From an uncultured Gemmataceae bacterium (GTDB lineage: Bacteria; Planctomycetota; Planctomycetia; Gemmatales; Gemmataceae), in contig CAVVPN010000003.1 of assembly GCA_963750165.1 (NCBI GenBank), forward strand, positions 1,824,001 to 1,888,000: DNA of 64,000 nucleotides, in the 5' to 3' direction. This document shows positions 21,249 through 30,930 of the stretch, piece by piece. The position numbers were made by a program, and so were the translations under genes. The stretch's first letter is position 1. Every line of letters starts with the position of its first letter. Under the pieces are notes generated by a model. That model saw only the letters and a program-made list of their open reading frames with translations. It was not told where the DNA came from and did no database searches.

Positions 21249-21984
21249 TCACAACAACCGCCGGCTCTCCTGCAGCAGCCCGTCGTGCAGGAAGCGCAGC
21301 GACGGCCCCGCCAGATGGTCGAAGTACGCCCAGCTGTGGCCGCCGGCGCGCGTCGTCAGGTCCAGCGTGTGCGGAATCCCCAGGGCGCTCAGCTTCTCGT
21401 GCAGCCGATCATTGCCGCGATACCACCGCGTATCGTCCGGGTCGATGGCGAAGAAGATGTGCGGCGGATACTGGCCCGGGTGGATGTGCAGCAGCGCCGT
21501 GTCCTGGCGACACTGCTCCTTGCTGTCGTACATCGCGTCGAGCGCCATGCCCTGGCCGTACAGTTCGTGGTAATCCAGCGCCGACGCGATGGCCGCCACC
21601 ACCGGGAACTCACGCGGATACTTGAACGCCAGCCGCAGCGCCTCCCTGGCCGCCCATGCTGATGCCGTGCAGTCCGACCGCCCGCTCCGCCAGGCCCCAG
21701 CGCTGCCGCAGCGCCGGCACCACCTGCTCGCGCAGGAACCGCTCCGGCGTCAGCACCGGATCAAACTCCGCGCAGATGCGGTCGCCCCACCACGAACGCA
21801 TGCCCAGCGGACAGGCGCACGCCAGGCCGAGTTCGTCGAGGACGCGCGTGTAAGCAGGCCGGTCGCGCAACGACTCCATGCCAACACCGTGCAGGTGCAG
21901 CACTGCGAAGCGCGGTGGGCTGGGCGGGTCGTAGAGGTCGGTTTTCTTGCCGGCGATGCGGACTTCCGTCCAGCGACCGTTCAT
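21249..21984 (-). CDS. esterase / alpha-beta hydrolase (frameshift near 21643)
   Basis: LHLHG, nucleophile GISMGG, C-terminal GGHSW.YF; two ORFs joined. Confidence 0.8.
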
Positions 21985-22003
21985 GCAGGGTCGTCCTTTC
22001 AAA

Positions 22004-22108
22004 GAGGAGTTCACCACAAAGACACAAAGAACACCAGGAAGACAAAAGAATTAAATACTTATTCTTCTGTCTTCCTGGTGTTCTTTGTGTCTTTGTGGTG
22101 AACTCCTC
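22004..22108. repeat. hairpin of inverted 9-mer repeats (CACAAAGAC/A type)
   Basis: GAGGAGTTCACCACAAAGACACAAAGAACACCAGGAAGAC ... near-perfect reverse complement on the right arm. Confidence 0.85.
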
Positions 22109-22114
22109 CGTCCG

Positions 22115-23767
22115 TCACGGCGCGGAGGCGGGGGCGTCGGTCAGCAAGCGCTGCTGCTTCTCGCCCATCTCGCGGTAGTACAGCGGCAGGTGGCGGTAGT
22201 ACACCTCCAGCGTCAGCAGCGCCAGCGACGTGTACATCAGCCGGCCGTGGGTGTGCGGCGAGCCTTTCGAGTCCCAGCTGCCCTGCAGTTTGCCGGTGCT
22301 GCGGTCCTGGGTCTTGATGAGGTAGTCCCGCATCTTGTCGTTCCACTGCGTCCACGACTCGCCGCCGAAGTGGTGCATCACCTGCGTGGCGTAGTAGTGG
22401 TAGTAGATGTTCTTCGCGCCCGTCGGCTGGTTCCTCATGAGAATGTTGTTGACGCCCTTGATCATGCGGATGTTCTGCGAGCCCCACGACTGCAGATACT
22501 GCCGCGATAGCAGGCCGACCGCCGTCATGGTAATGGCCGAGCCCTTGCCGACGTAACCGTAGCCCTCGCTGTTGGGGTCGTTGCAGCTGTCCACGAAGCG
22601 GATGGCCTTGGCGAACGCGACCTCCGGGACCATCAGACCGGCCATCTTGGCGCTCTTCAGCGCCATGATCTGCCAGCCGGCCACGGACATGTCGCCGGCC
22701 TGCTTGGGACCGTAGCGCCAGCCGCCGGCGTCGTGCTGGGCGTAGAGGATGTAGTTGACCGCCATCTGGGCCGACCGGCGTAACGCCGGATCCTGACTCA
22801 GGCCGTACGCCTCGCACATGGCGATGGTCGCCAGGCCGTGGGCGTACATGCCGCCGCCGAAGTTGCCGGTCTTCTTGTCCTGCTTGCCCATCAAAAACCA
22901 CAGGGCCTTCTCGATCGGCTTGTCGAAGGGGTTATCTTCGCTGTTCTTGGCCTTCAGGTGGGTGTAGCCGGCGCCCAGCAGCGGCAGCAGGCCGAAGGCG
23001 GTGCCGGCGATGTCGTTCTTGCCGCCCTGGTCGGGGAAGTCGCCGTCCAGCTCCCAGTGGCCATCGGTCGCCTGCTGGCGGACCAGCCACTTCAGGCCGC
23101 GCGCCACGGCCGCCTCGGACTCCTTGGTGCCGCCGCCCTCGCGCAGCGACTTCTCGCGCGTCGCGCCGCTGCGGCCGAAGAAGGTGCCGGCCAGCGGCAT
23201 GCCCTTCGGGTTGATGCCGCCCGCCATGCCGACGCTGTTGAAGCCGTTCGGGTCGGGCGCCAGCCCTTCCAGGTAACCGCCCTGACCGCCGCCGGTGCCA
23301 GGCGGCGCCGAGATGTTGAACGGCGTGGCGTTCTTGTCGCCGCCGTCGATGCCGGGCACCTCGTCCGGGTTGACGTTGCCCGGCACGCTAATGGGCTGAA
23401 TGTTGTCGTTGTTGTAGTTGATCTTCTGGTTGAAGACCTCGGCGTTTGGATCGATCTCGTCGTTGACCAGCGGTTCCTTGGACTCCGGCGGCAGCTTCTC
23501 CGGCTGGACGATGTTCTTCTCCTCTTCCAGTTTCTCCTTCTTTTCCTTGTCGGCGGCGGCGGAGTCGTCTTCCAGGTTGGGCTTGCGGCTGTCCGCCGAA
23601 CTGGGTGCCGGGATGAACATAATCATCGCGGCGATGAGGCCGACGTGGAACAGCACGCTGACCAGCGCTGCCGGGATCGTGCGCAGCAGACCGGGGCCGG
23701 TGCGTACCCGCTCGCGGACCACCACCACGGCCGCACGCTTGGGTTTGTTGTTCTCAGGAGTCGCCAT
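22115..23767 (-). CDS. membrane-anchored prenyltransferase/squalene-cyclase-repeat (alpha-alpha toroid) protein
   Basis: N-terminal TM (VSVLFHVGLIAAM), acidic Pro/Gly linker, QW-like repeats (GLKWLVRQQATDGHW, AQHDAGGWRY), MYAHGLAT, YYHYYATQVM, LEVYYRHLPLY. Confidence 0.85.
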   Translation of the reverse strand: MATPENNKPKRAAVVVVRERVRTGPGLLRTIPAALVSVLFHVGLIAAMIMFIPAPSSADSRKPNLEDDSAAADKEKKEKLEEEKNIVQPEKLPPESKEPLVNDEIDPNAEVFNQKINYNNDNIQPISVPGNVNPDEVPGIDGGDKNATPFNISAPPGTGGGQGGYLEGLAPDPNGFNSVGMAGGINPKGMPLAGTFFGRSGATREKSLREGGGTKESEAAVARGLKWLVRQQATDGHWELDGDFPDQGGKNDIAGTAFGLLPLLGAGYTHLKAKNSEDNPFDKPIEKALWFLMGKQDKKTGNFGGGMYAHGLATIAMCEAYGLSQDPALRRSAQMAVNYILYAQHDAGGWRYGPKQAGDMSVAGWQIMALKSAKMAGLMVPEVAFAKAIRFVDSCNDPNSEGYGYVGKGSAITMTAVGLLSRQYLQSWGSQNIRMIKGVNNILMRNQPTGAKNIYYHYYATQVMHHFGGESWTQWNDKMRDYLIKTQDRSTGKLQGSWDSKGSPHTHGRLMYTSLALLTLEVYYRHLPLYYREMGEKQQRLLTDAPASAP

Positions 23768-23973
23768 GAGTCGTCACCCTTGCTGATGATGAACCGGTCA
23801 ACGGGATTTATTTATTATGGCGCCGGCGCCATCAATATGGCAACCAAAAAAGTCCTAAATCCGCGCCGCCGCGCTTGTTTCGGTGTCCTGCGCTCACCGG
23901 AAGCAACGGACGGGAGGGCGATTTGTTGGCGCGGGTTGTAGATTGGACGCGGCTCGGCGGCGACAGTTCCCTG

Positions 23974-24008
23974 AACGTGGCGGCAAGTTGGAAACTTGCC
24001 GCCACGTT
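23974..24008. repeat. REP-like palindrome GTGGCGGCAAGTTGGAAACTTGCCGCCAC
   Basis: Perfect inverted repeat between genes. Confidence 0.75.
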
Positions 24009-24014
24009 TTACAC

Positions 24015-25625
24015 TCAGGGGGTTGGCGGTGTCGTGTGGCCGTTGGTCGCGCCCGGCGTCGGCCCAGCCTGAATGCCTTCCGTCGGCGGCGGTTCCGCCA
24101 GCACGTCCAAACTCGCTCCCTCGTCGGCGAACTTGCTCGCCTCATAGCGGCGCAGCCCTTGCCGAACCGCCCGGTCGCCGCGGCGGAACCACCAACCCAG
24201 CCCCACAATGAACAACAGCGTACCGACCATCAGCCCCAGAATGGACGCCAGCAGCGGGCCACCCAGCGCCATGCCCGGTGAGCCGCCTTCCGTCTCCACC
24301 GGCGGCGCCGACAGCAGCGTCAACGTCGGCCCAATCAACATCAGCGTCTTGCGCTCCTCGCGGCCGACCTTGTAGGGGTAGCGCTTGAAGAAGTAGCCGG
24401 TGAAGCGCACCTTGACCTTGAGCTTGTCGCCCGGCTTCAGGCCCTCGGGCAGTTCCGGGAAAACGACCACCACCGGGTTCGCGTCACGGTCCCCCAGTTC
24501 GATCCAGCCCTGATAGACCGTCTCGACCCCCCTATCCTGCAAATCGACCGCGGCGTCCTCTTTCGTCAGGCGGCGCAGGGTGCCCTCCACCGTGACCACC
24601 TTGCCGCAGTTCAGCACCGGCTTGCGGATCAGATGGCCGTAGGTGAGATCCCGGTTCTCCGCGGCGCTGGCCTCGAACGCCTTCAGCGGCGTCTGCGCGG
24701 CCAGCGCAACGGCCTGCTGGTACGCCGCCACCTCCAGGAACGGCGCCTTGCTGCCGACCTTCTCCGGGGTCAGGTTGCGCAGGTCTGGGAAGGTCTTATC
24801 CTGGCGGATGTTGCGGAGCAATCCGGGGTTCAGCGCCGGGGCCATCGTGGGCTGCTCCAGCACGATCACCGCCGGCGCCACCAGCAGCGGCACGCTCAGC
24901 GGCCCTCGATCCGACTGATAGCGGATGAGCTTGAGGAAGTAGCCGCTCACCTGGGCGCGCTGGCCGAAGGGGCCCTCCTCGCGCAGGGCCTTGTGCAGCG
25001 ACTCGGGCAGCAGCGTTGCCAGCACCAGCACCGGCCGGCCGCCGTCCTTGTTTCGCGCCAGCTGCACCTCGTACACGACCTTGACGCCGCCGCGCTGGGC
25101 ACGCTGCGGGGCCGCCACGGCACGCACGCCGCGCACCCAGCCCTCCAGGCCGACCACCTCGCCGCGATGTTTCTCGGGATCCTTGACCAGCTGGGAGACG
25201 GTGCGCGCCTGGTTCTTCTGAGCGCTGGCGACGAAGACGCTGATGTCGTAATCCTTGGCGTTGACCAGCGCCGCGCACAGGGCGGCATACTCGGCCAGGA
25301 CGAGACGGCCAACGGCTACCTGCGACATACCGCCGTAGTCGGTGAGCAGATGGTCGTCGCGGACGGCGGCCAGGAGCTGCGGCGATAATGTCGGGGCGAA
25401 CTCGACGGCGGGGGGCGGCCAGACGGTGTACACACCGCCGGCGTGGACGGCCGCGACGGACAGCAGCGGCTGACGGAAGGCGATCACCTGGACGGCGGCG
25501 CCGGCGGCCAGACGCTGGCGGTTGAACCAGAATTCTGGCACTTTGGGCTGCTGGGCCGGTAGCGCGCCCGGACAGAGGATCAGCGCGGCGAGGGCGGCGA
25601 ACGCAGCGCGGCGGGACGGGGCCAT
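24015..25625 (-). CDS. exported protein with tandem duplicated domain and C-terminal TM anchor
   Basis: Signal peptide; two copies of a domain (G.VV..EG..R ... V..SGYFLK / V.FTGYFFK); TM near C-terminus. Confidence 0.7.
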   Translation of the reverse strand: MAPSRRAAFAALAALILCPGALPAQQPKVPEFWFNRQRLAAGAAVQVIAFRQPLLSVAAVHAGGVYTVWPPPAVEFAPTLSPQLLAAVRDDHLLTDYGGMSQVAVGRLVLAEYAALCAALVNAKDYDISVFVASAQKNQARTVSQLVKDPEKHRGEVVGLEGWVRGVRAVAAPQRAQRGGVKVVYEVQLARNKDGGRPVLVLATLLPESLHKALREEGPFGQRAQVSGYFLKLIRYQSDRGPLSVPLLVAPAVIVLEQPTMAPALNPGLLRNIRQDKTFPDLRNLTPEKVGSKAPFLEVAAYQQAVALAAQTPLKAFEASAAENRDLTYGHLIRKPVLNCGKVVTVEGTLRRLTKEDAAVDLQDRGVETVYQGWIELGDRDANPVVVVFPELPEGLKPGDKLKVKVRFTGYFFKRYPYKVGREERKTLMLIGPTLTLLSAPPVETEGGSPGMALGGPLLASILGLMVGTLLFIVGLGWWFRRGDRAVRQGLRRYEASKFADEGASLDVLAEPPPTEGIQAGPTPGATNGHTTPPTP

Positions 25626-25662
25626 GATCGGGGGGTTCCTGGAAGTCGTCGGGCCCTCTGTT

Positions 25663-25735
25663 CTTCGCTCGTAGTACCGCCTTCAGGCTGAATCTGACAC
25701 GCTGATTCCGCCTGAAGGCGGTACTACGAACGAAG
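25663..25735. repeat. REP doublet GTAGTACCGCCTTCAGGC...GCCTGAAGGCGGTACTAC
   Basis: Inverted GTAG-type REP pair; second copy at 28546-28629. Confidence 0.85.
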
Positions 25736-25740
25736 CAGCC

Positions 25741-26394
25741 TCATTTCTTCGGCCGCACCGGCTTGGCGAAACCCATCTCCCGGTATTTCGCCTGCCGGCA
25801 CATGTCCTGCACCTGGATGAAATAGCCGTAGCGCAACTCGGGGCTCGCTTCCAGTTGAATCTTGCCGCCGTCCTTGCCGGACCAGCCCTCCAGGCGCTTG
25901 AGCACTTTTTTCAGCCCACTGTCGAGCCTGTCGTCCAGGTCCATGACCACTTGCGGCGTGGCGTCCTCGGGAAATTTGAGCAGAATGCGGCCGAGTTTGC
26001 CCTTGGCCTCCGCGGTCGGCGGGTTATCAATGGCCTCCACGATGACGCGCACCAGGTCCTTGGGCAGCGGATCGTCCTTGGTGTCTGGCTCCTTGTCCTT
26101 GGGCTCGTCTTCCTTGGGTTTCTCCTTATCCTTTTCCAGCATTGGCGTCGGGTCGCCATCCTTGGGCTTGTTCACTCCCTTTTCCGGAGCCTTCTTCTCC
26201 TCCTTTTTCTTCTCCTTCTTGCGCTCCTCCTTGGGCGGCGGCAGCAGCACGCCGGTGAGGTTCTCTTCCTGGGAGAGCGGCTGGAAGGTCATGATGAAAA
26301 AGGCCATGAGCTGAAAGGCCATGTCCAGCATGGGCGTGATAATCAGGCTCAGGTTGACGCCCAGGCCAGCGTCGGGAATGCGGCGGCGGCTCAT
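25741..26394 (-). CDS. exbD: ExbD/TolR family protein
   Basis: ITPMLDMAFQLMAFFIMTF TM with conserved Asp; periplasmic domain. Confidence 0.85.
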   Translation of the reverse strand: MSRRRIPDAGLGVNLSLIITPMLDMAFQLMAFFIMTFQPLSQEENLTGVLLPPPKEERKKEKKKEEKKAPEKGVNKPKDGDPTPMLEKDKEKPKEDEPKDKEPDTKDDPLPKDLVRVIVEAIDNPPTAEAKGKLGRILLKFPEDATPQVVMDLDDRLDSGLKKVLKRLEGWSGKDGGKIQLEASPELRYGYFIQVQDMCRQAKYREMGFAKPVRPKK

Positions 26395-26401
26395 CGGCAA
26401 C

Positions 26402-26920
26402 TCACCCCTTTGCGGTCGTCGGGACGTGCAGGACGCGCAACTGCCAGCTGGCGAAGCCCGCCTCGGAGCACATTTCCAGGATGTCGTAGACGTATTCCCA
26501 GGACACGTCCTCATCGGCGCGGAGGACAATGACCGGCCGCACCCAGCTGGGCGGCTTCTGGTTGTAGCGGGCGGTGCGTTCGATCTTGTCGCGCTGCTCG
26601 CGCAGGTATTTTTCCAGGGTGCCGCGCAGGGCGGCGTTGACGGTGAGGTTCTCGTAATTCAGCGTCTTGACGTTGGGCACAACCAGGGTGCCTTCCTTGG
26701 TCAGGTTGAGGTAAATCCAGTTATCGGAGTCGTGTTCGGGCCGATCCTTGGACTTGGCGTCAATGGGAATGGCGTTCTGCACCGCCGGCAGCGTGACGCC
26801 GCTGAAGCGGTCCTGGCGCTCGAAGTTCACCGTAATCAGGAAGAACATGATGAGCTGCAACACCACGTCCAGCAGTGGCGTCAGGTTGAGTTCGGCCTCG
26901 CCGCCTTCGGGAGCGTGCAT
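26402..26920 (-). CDS. exbD: ExbD/TolR family protein
   Basis: LNLTPLLDVVLQLIMFFLIT, VIVLRADEDV. Confidence 0.9.
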   Translation of the reverse strand: MHAPEGGEAELNLTPLLDVVLQLIMFFLITVNFERQDRFSGVTLPAVQNAIPIDAKSKDRPEHDSDNWIYLNLTKEGTLVVPNVKTLNYENLTVNAALRGTLEKYLREQRDKIERTARYNQKPPSWVRPVIVLRADEDVSWEYVYDILEMCSEAGFASWQLRVLHVPTTAKG

Positions 26921-26944
26921 AAAACCTCGCGGGCTGATGTGCTT

Positions 26945-26974
26945 CGTGGGGCAGACAGGAATGTCTGCCCCACG
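26945..26974. repeat. REP palindrome GTGGGGCAGACAGGAATGTCTGCCCCAC
   Basis: Identical copy at 47522-47551. Confidence 0.9.
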
Positions 26975-27001
26975 GAAAGAACGATCCTGAGGGCGTGACG
27001 T

Positions 27002-27873
27002 TTACTCCGCCGGCCGCGCCTTGGCAACGGCAGCAGCGGGCATGGCGGCCGCGGAGGTGGCGCCCGCGGCCCGGGCCGCCGGGGCGGGCGCGGCGCTGCC
27101 TCCGCCTTCTTGGAGTTGTGATACATCTGCGTCAGCAGATCGTCGGCCAAATTGCTGGTGTCCATCGTTATGCGCGTTGAGCGATTCTTGAAGAATGCAT
27201 GGCAGAAGATGGCCGGCACCGACAGACCGATGCCCAGCAGCGTCACGACCAGCGCGTGCGAAATGCCCTCGGCCAGCTTCGACGCCTTGGGCGTGTCGCC
27301 GCTGCCCAGTTCCATGAAGCTCATGATCATGCCCCAGACCGTACCGACCAGGCCGAGCAGCGGCCCGAGCGTGCCGATGGTGCCGAGGTAGTTGATGAGC
27401 TGCTCCTTGCCCGCCTTGACACTCTCGACCATGTTCATGGCCGCCTCACGTGCGTCCTCGATGCCGTATTGCAACCGGGCCATGCCGGCGGTCATCACCC
27501 GCGCCAGGAACGAACTATCGTCCCGGCACATGTCGAACGCCTGCTTGAACTGGCGTCGGTTTACCAGGTCCGCGAACTCATCGACGAAGCCGCCAGGCAC
27601 TGCCACGCTCATGCGCAGGTCCATCGCCAGCAGGACGATCAGCGAGACGAGGATGATGGACACGATGAGCAGCAGCGGCCCGAAGATGGGGCCCGCCGAC
27701 GAAACGAGGTGGACGAAAATGTTCGGCGGTTCCTTCGGCTCCTCTTTTTTCTCATCGGCGGCGCGAGCGGTCGCCGGAGTGCAGAGCACGAGCGTCAGAC
27801 TGACGGAGAGCATCAGGCAAACGAACAGCACCTGAGTCCAGCGACGGTGCCGACTCCCTGCGAGCATGGTCAT
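27002..27873 (-). CDS. exbB: MotA/TolQ/ExbB proton channel protein (probable 1-nt frameshift near 27090; Ala-rich tail ends at 27002)
   Basis: IGTLGPLLGLVGTVWGMIMSF, LAEGISHALVVTLLGIGLSVPA; restoring one base gives [10 protein letters not shown]...ARPAE-stop. Confidence 0.9.
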
Positions 27874-28035
27874 GTTGCGATTCCTGTTTCAGAGGCCCAA
27901 GGGGACGGCCCCCGGTGAACGGCGAATAGCCAGGCGCAGCGACCGGGGTTATCCCTGAGCCGTCCGCAGTTGGGGATCAGGACAGCGTTCGTCGGGAAAA
28001 GGTGGCCACGTCTCCACGGTCCAATCATTTCCCCT

Positions 28036-28065
28036 ATCATGAACGGCGCGGCGGGATGCTGTCAA
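28036..28065 (-). promoter_or_regulatory. putative sigma70 promoter for exbB operon
   Basis: TTGACA-18nt-CATGAT on minus strand. Confidence 0.45.
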
Positions 28066-28164
28066 GTATTTTTCAGATATGCCGGCGGGTAAAAAACATC
28101 AGGCGAGCGGTTCCGTGAGGAGTCCGCCCGCCCGGGTGGTTTCAAGAGCTGGGAAGCGAAGGTG

Positions 28165-28311
28165 TCAACGCGGGGCTGGCGTGGTACTGGGGGGATTGTC
28201 GGGAACCTGGAGCCCCTGGACCCGTGGCGACCGGTTGCCCACGCGGGCGTTGAAAATGGGGCCGGCCAGCAGCGTCCACAACACGATGACTGCTACCCAA
28301 CGAAATTCCAT
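28165..28311 (-). CDS. small membrane/secreted protein (48 aa)
   Basis: MEFRWVAVIVLWTLLAGPIF hydrophobic N-terminus, GGAG SD upstream. Confidence 0.6.
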   Translation of the reverse strand: MEFRWVAVIVLWTLLAGPIFNARVGNRSPRVQGLQVPDNPPSTTPAPR

Positions 28312-28545
28312 GGCTGGCGTCTCCCAGGTTATCCCACCTGCGGGATGGATCGCGTCGCACTCTCCTTTTCCCGGCAAACGACGTGCCGCCGGCAACCGGT
28401 GGGGAGGAGTTGATGGTGTAACTTGAAGTAAATCCAGTGAATATGGCAAATGGCTGGCGGCGCTCGCCGATGGTGATGGGGGGGTGGATGTGTCTCAATA
28501 TTAGCGCATGGTGTGCTAAATGTTACAGGTTGGAAACAAAAGGAT

Positions 28546-28629
28546 CGATTTTCCTGGTCCGTAGTAGCGCCTTCAGGCGGTCTTCACTCCCACCCGTTTG
28601 AAGGCGGTACTACGAACCAGGAAAATCGA
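28546..28629. repeat. REP doublet with extended inverted arms
   Basis: CGATTTTCCTGGT-GTAGTAGCGCCTTCAGGCGG...GAAGGCGGTACTAC-ACCAGGAAAATCG. Confidence 0.8.
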
Positions 28630-28954
28630 ACATGGTGACGGCCGGGGTTTGTAGCCCCGCTCTGTTCCGGCAGTTCGGGGCCGTCCGACGCGCCACCATG
28701 TCCTGGTCCAACAACTGAACCTCTTCTGTTCCAGCCCCAACCTCTTATAGAAGTTGTTGACAGGATATCGTTCACCTATGCAGATCGTATGCCAAACAGC
28801 GGCACAAAAACCGACAATCCACAAGTCCTTCCGCAGCAGAAAATTGTGACGCCGCCTCATCGACCGGCCGGGGAAGAGGTCGGTGGTGGTTGGAGCGAAA
28901 TATTACAATCGACCCAGGGGAATTGTGAAAAAAAGGGCGCGGCCCTTCCCCCGT

Positions 28955-30298
28955 TTACAGGACCGCGCTCGGGCCCGCCCCGATCAGCAGCACGCACACG
29001 TCCATGACGTTGGTCTGCGTCAGTCCGGTCAGGAGCAGGTCGCCCGTCGCCTGGAAGAAGGCATAGGCGTCGTGCCGCTGCAGGAACGCCGCCGGCGACA
29101 GGCCAAGATTGGCAGCTCGCTCCAGGGTGCCGGCGTCGGCCAGCGCCCCGGCGGCGTCGGTAGGACCGTCCTCGCCGTCGGTGCCGCCGCTCAGCACCAC
29201 CACGTTGCGCAGGCCCGCCGCCCCCAGCTTGTCCGCGGCGGCCAGCACGAATTCCTGATTGCGACCACCGCGGCCGTGCTGTTCCGGCAGCGTCACCGTC
29301 GTCTCGCCGCCGCTGAGCACGCACGCCGGCGCCACCAGCGGGCGGCCGTCGGCGCGGATGCCGCGCACCACGCCCGCCAGGACGACCGCCACCTGCCGCG
29401 TTTCGCCTTCGATGTACGAGCCGAGGTCGAGCACACGGTAGCCGAGTGCCTCCGCCTGCCGCCGCGCCGCCGCCAGCGCCCGGGCGTTGTTGCCGATGAT
29501 GACGTTGTGGACGTTCGGCGGCCGCGTCTTGAGTGTCTCGGGGATGTTCCCCGCCGCGCCGCGTTCGAGATGTTGTCGCACGCTTGCGGGCACCCGGGCC
29601 AGCAGACCGAAGCGCTCCAGGATGGCGCGGGCATCGGCGAAGGTGGTCGGGTCGGCGGCGGTCGGGCCGGAGGCGATCACGTCGAGCGGATCACCGATCA
29701 CGTCGGAGATGATGAGGCTGAACAGCGAGGCGGCGCACGCCTGCGCCAGCCGGCCACCCTTGATGCCGCTGAGGTGCTTGCGGACGCAGTTCATGTCGTT
29801 GATGGTGGCGCCGCACTCGTGCAGCAACCGCGTGACCTCCTGCTTGTCCGCCAGGGACAGGCCGTCGGCCGGCAGCGGCAGCAGGGCGGAGCCACCGCCG
29901 GAGAGCAGGCACAGCACCACGTCGTCGGGGCCGGCGCCGCGCACCAGGTCGAGGATTTGTTGCGCACCGGCGACGCCCGCGGCGGTGGGGTGGTTGGACG
30001 CGGCAGGCCGGGCCGCGTGCAGGCGGATGCGGCGCAGCGGCCGCACGGCGTCGGCCGGTACGTTGACGATGCCTTCCACACGGTCGAGCCGGTCGGCGAG
30101 GACGGCCTCGACGGCAGCGCTCATGGCAGCGCCGGCCTTGCCGCCACCGACGACGAGGATGCGGTGGGCGTCGGCCAGGGCCCGGGCCAGCGCCGGTTCG
30201 GCGAGGGCGCGCGGTACGAGGTCTTCGGGGCGCACCGCGTCCACGGCGGCCTGCCAGATGCGGCGGGCGTGGTCGCGGAGGGAGGCGGGGTCGGACAC
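28955..30298 (-). CDS. glycerate kinase type 2 (MOFRL family)
   Basis: GGGKAGAAM, LLSGGGSALL, RKHLSGIKGG, ISDVIGD, IASGPT, GGETTV, GGRNQE, GTDGEDG, TNVMD. Confidence 0.92.
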   Translation of the reverse strand: MSDPASLRDHARRIWQAAVDAVRPEDLVPRALAEPALARALADAHRILVVGGGKAGAAMSAAVEAVLADRLDRVEGIVNVPADAVRPLRRIRLHAARPAASNHPTAAGVAGAQQILDLVRGAGPDDVVLCLLSGGGSALLPLPADGLSLADKQEVTRLLHECGATINDMNCVRKHLSGIKGGRLAQACAASLFSLIISDVIGDPLDVIASGPTAADPTTFADARAILERFGLLARVPASVRQHLERGAAGNIPETLKTRPPNVHNVIIGNNARALAAARRQAEALGYRVLDLGSYIEGETRQVAVVLAGVVRGIRADGRPLVAPACVLSGGETTVTLPEQHGRGGRNQEFVLAAADKLGAAGLRNVVVLSGGTDGEDGPTDAAGALADAGTLERAANLGLSPAAFLQRHDAYAFFQATGDLLLTGLTQTNVMDVCVLLIGAGPSAVL

Positions 30299-30522
30299 GG
30301 GGCCTCGCGGTTGGGAGGAAGGCGAACGGACGCAGCGGAGTGTAGGCGGGGATGCGGCAGCCGTCAAGAAAGCGCTCGCCCAACCTGCTCACGACCCGCG
30401 AATTCGCTAGAACGGTTCGCAGAGGGCTATTGCGTCTTCTTCGCCCCTTCGGGGCGAAGAAGACCACCGCTACGCCCAACCGCCAACCGCTCTTGAGCGG
30501 TTCACGCACGGTTTGCACACGA

Positions 30523-30740
30523 GTGGGCGGCGGGCACGGGCTGACCTCCAGCGGCCTGCACTGCCACAGCAAGGGGGCCAAGGAGGCCAAGGGGGCCAAC
30601 TTTTTCATACGTCGAGAATCGGCGCCCTGGCTCCGTGTGGGTGGCACGGCGCGACCACCACTGGCGGCGGTTGCCACAGCAAGAACGCCAAGGACGCCAA
30701 GAACGCCAACTTTTTCACACGTCGAGATTCGCCGCCTGGC
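30523..30740. repeat. degenerate ~110-bp tandem duplication with (GCCAAGNNN)3 core
   Basis: GCCACAGCAAG..GCCAAG..GCCAAG..GCCAACTTTTTCAYACGTCGAGA present at ~30563 and ~30673. Confidence 0.75.
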
Positions 30741-30815
30741 AGCGCCGGCCTGCCGTTCGTGGTCCACACAACGGGGAACCACTCTGGAGCGGTTCGCAAG
30801 CGCGTGGACCACAAA

Positions 30816-30846
30816 CCGTGGCACGGCTCTCCAGAGCCGTGCCACG
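30816..30846. repeat. REP palindrome GTGGCACGGCTCTCCAGAGCCGTGCCAC
   Basis: Core ACGGCTCTCCAGAGCCGT shared with REP at 33474-33523. Confidence 0.8.
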
Positions 30847-30930
30847 TCGTGTGCGCCTGCCCTTCGTGAACCGCGCTAGTTTTTCACAAGGTTCGTCCCG
30901 AGCCGCATCCGACCCACAACCGCACGAGCC

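Noticed and set aside
22115..23767. Calling this a true squalene-hopene cyclase
   Set aside because: Single toroid domain, no DxDD motif, and an N-terminal membrane anchor with a long linker
27880..28030. Possible cobalamin or other known riboswitch in the exbB leader
   Set aside because: A stem (GGACGGC/GCCGTCC, CCCCGGT/ACCGGGG) exists but no B12-box or other recognisable consensus
28501..28519. CIRCE (HrcA) element
   Set aside because: Arms resemble TTAGCAC but spacing is 3 nt rather than the 9-bp arm plus N9 layout, and no chaperone gene follows
30563..30730. Possible DGR template/variable repeat pair (AAC versus GGG differences)
   Set aside because: Differences include C/G, C/T and T/A changes, not only adenine positions; no reverse transcriptase or target gene in the window
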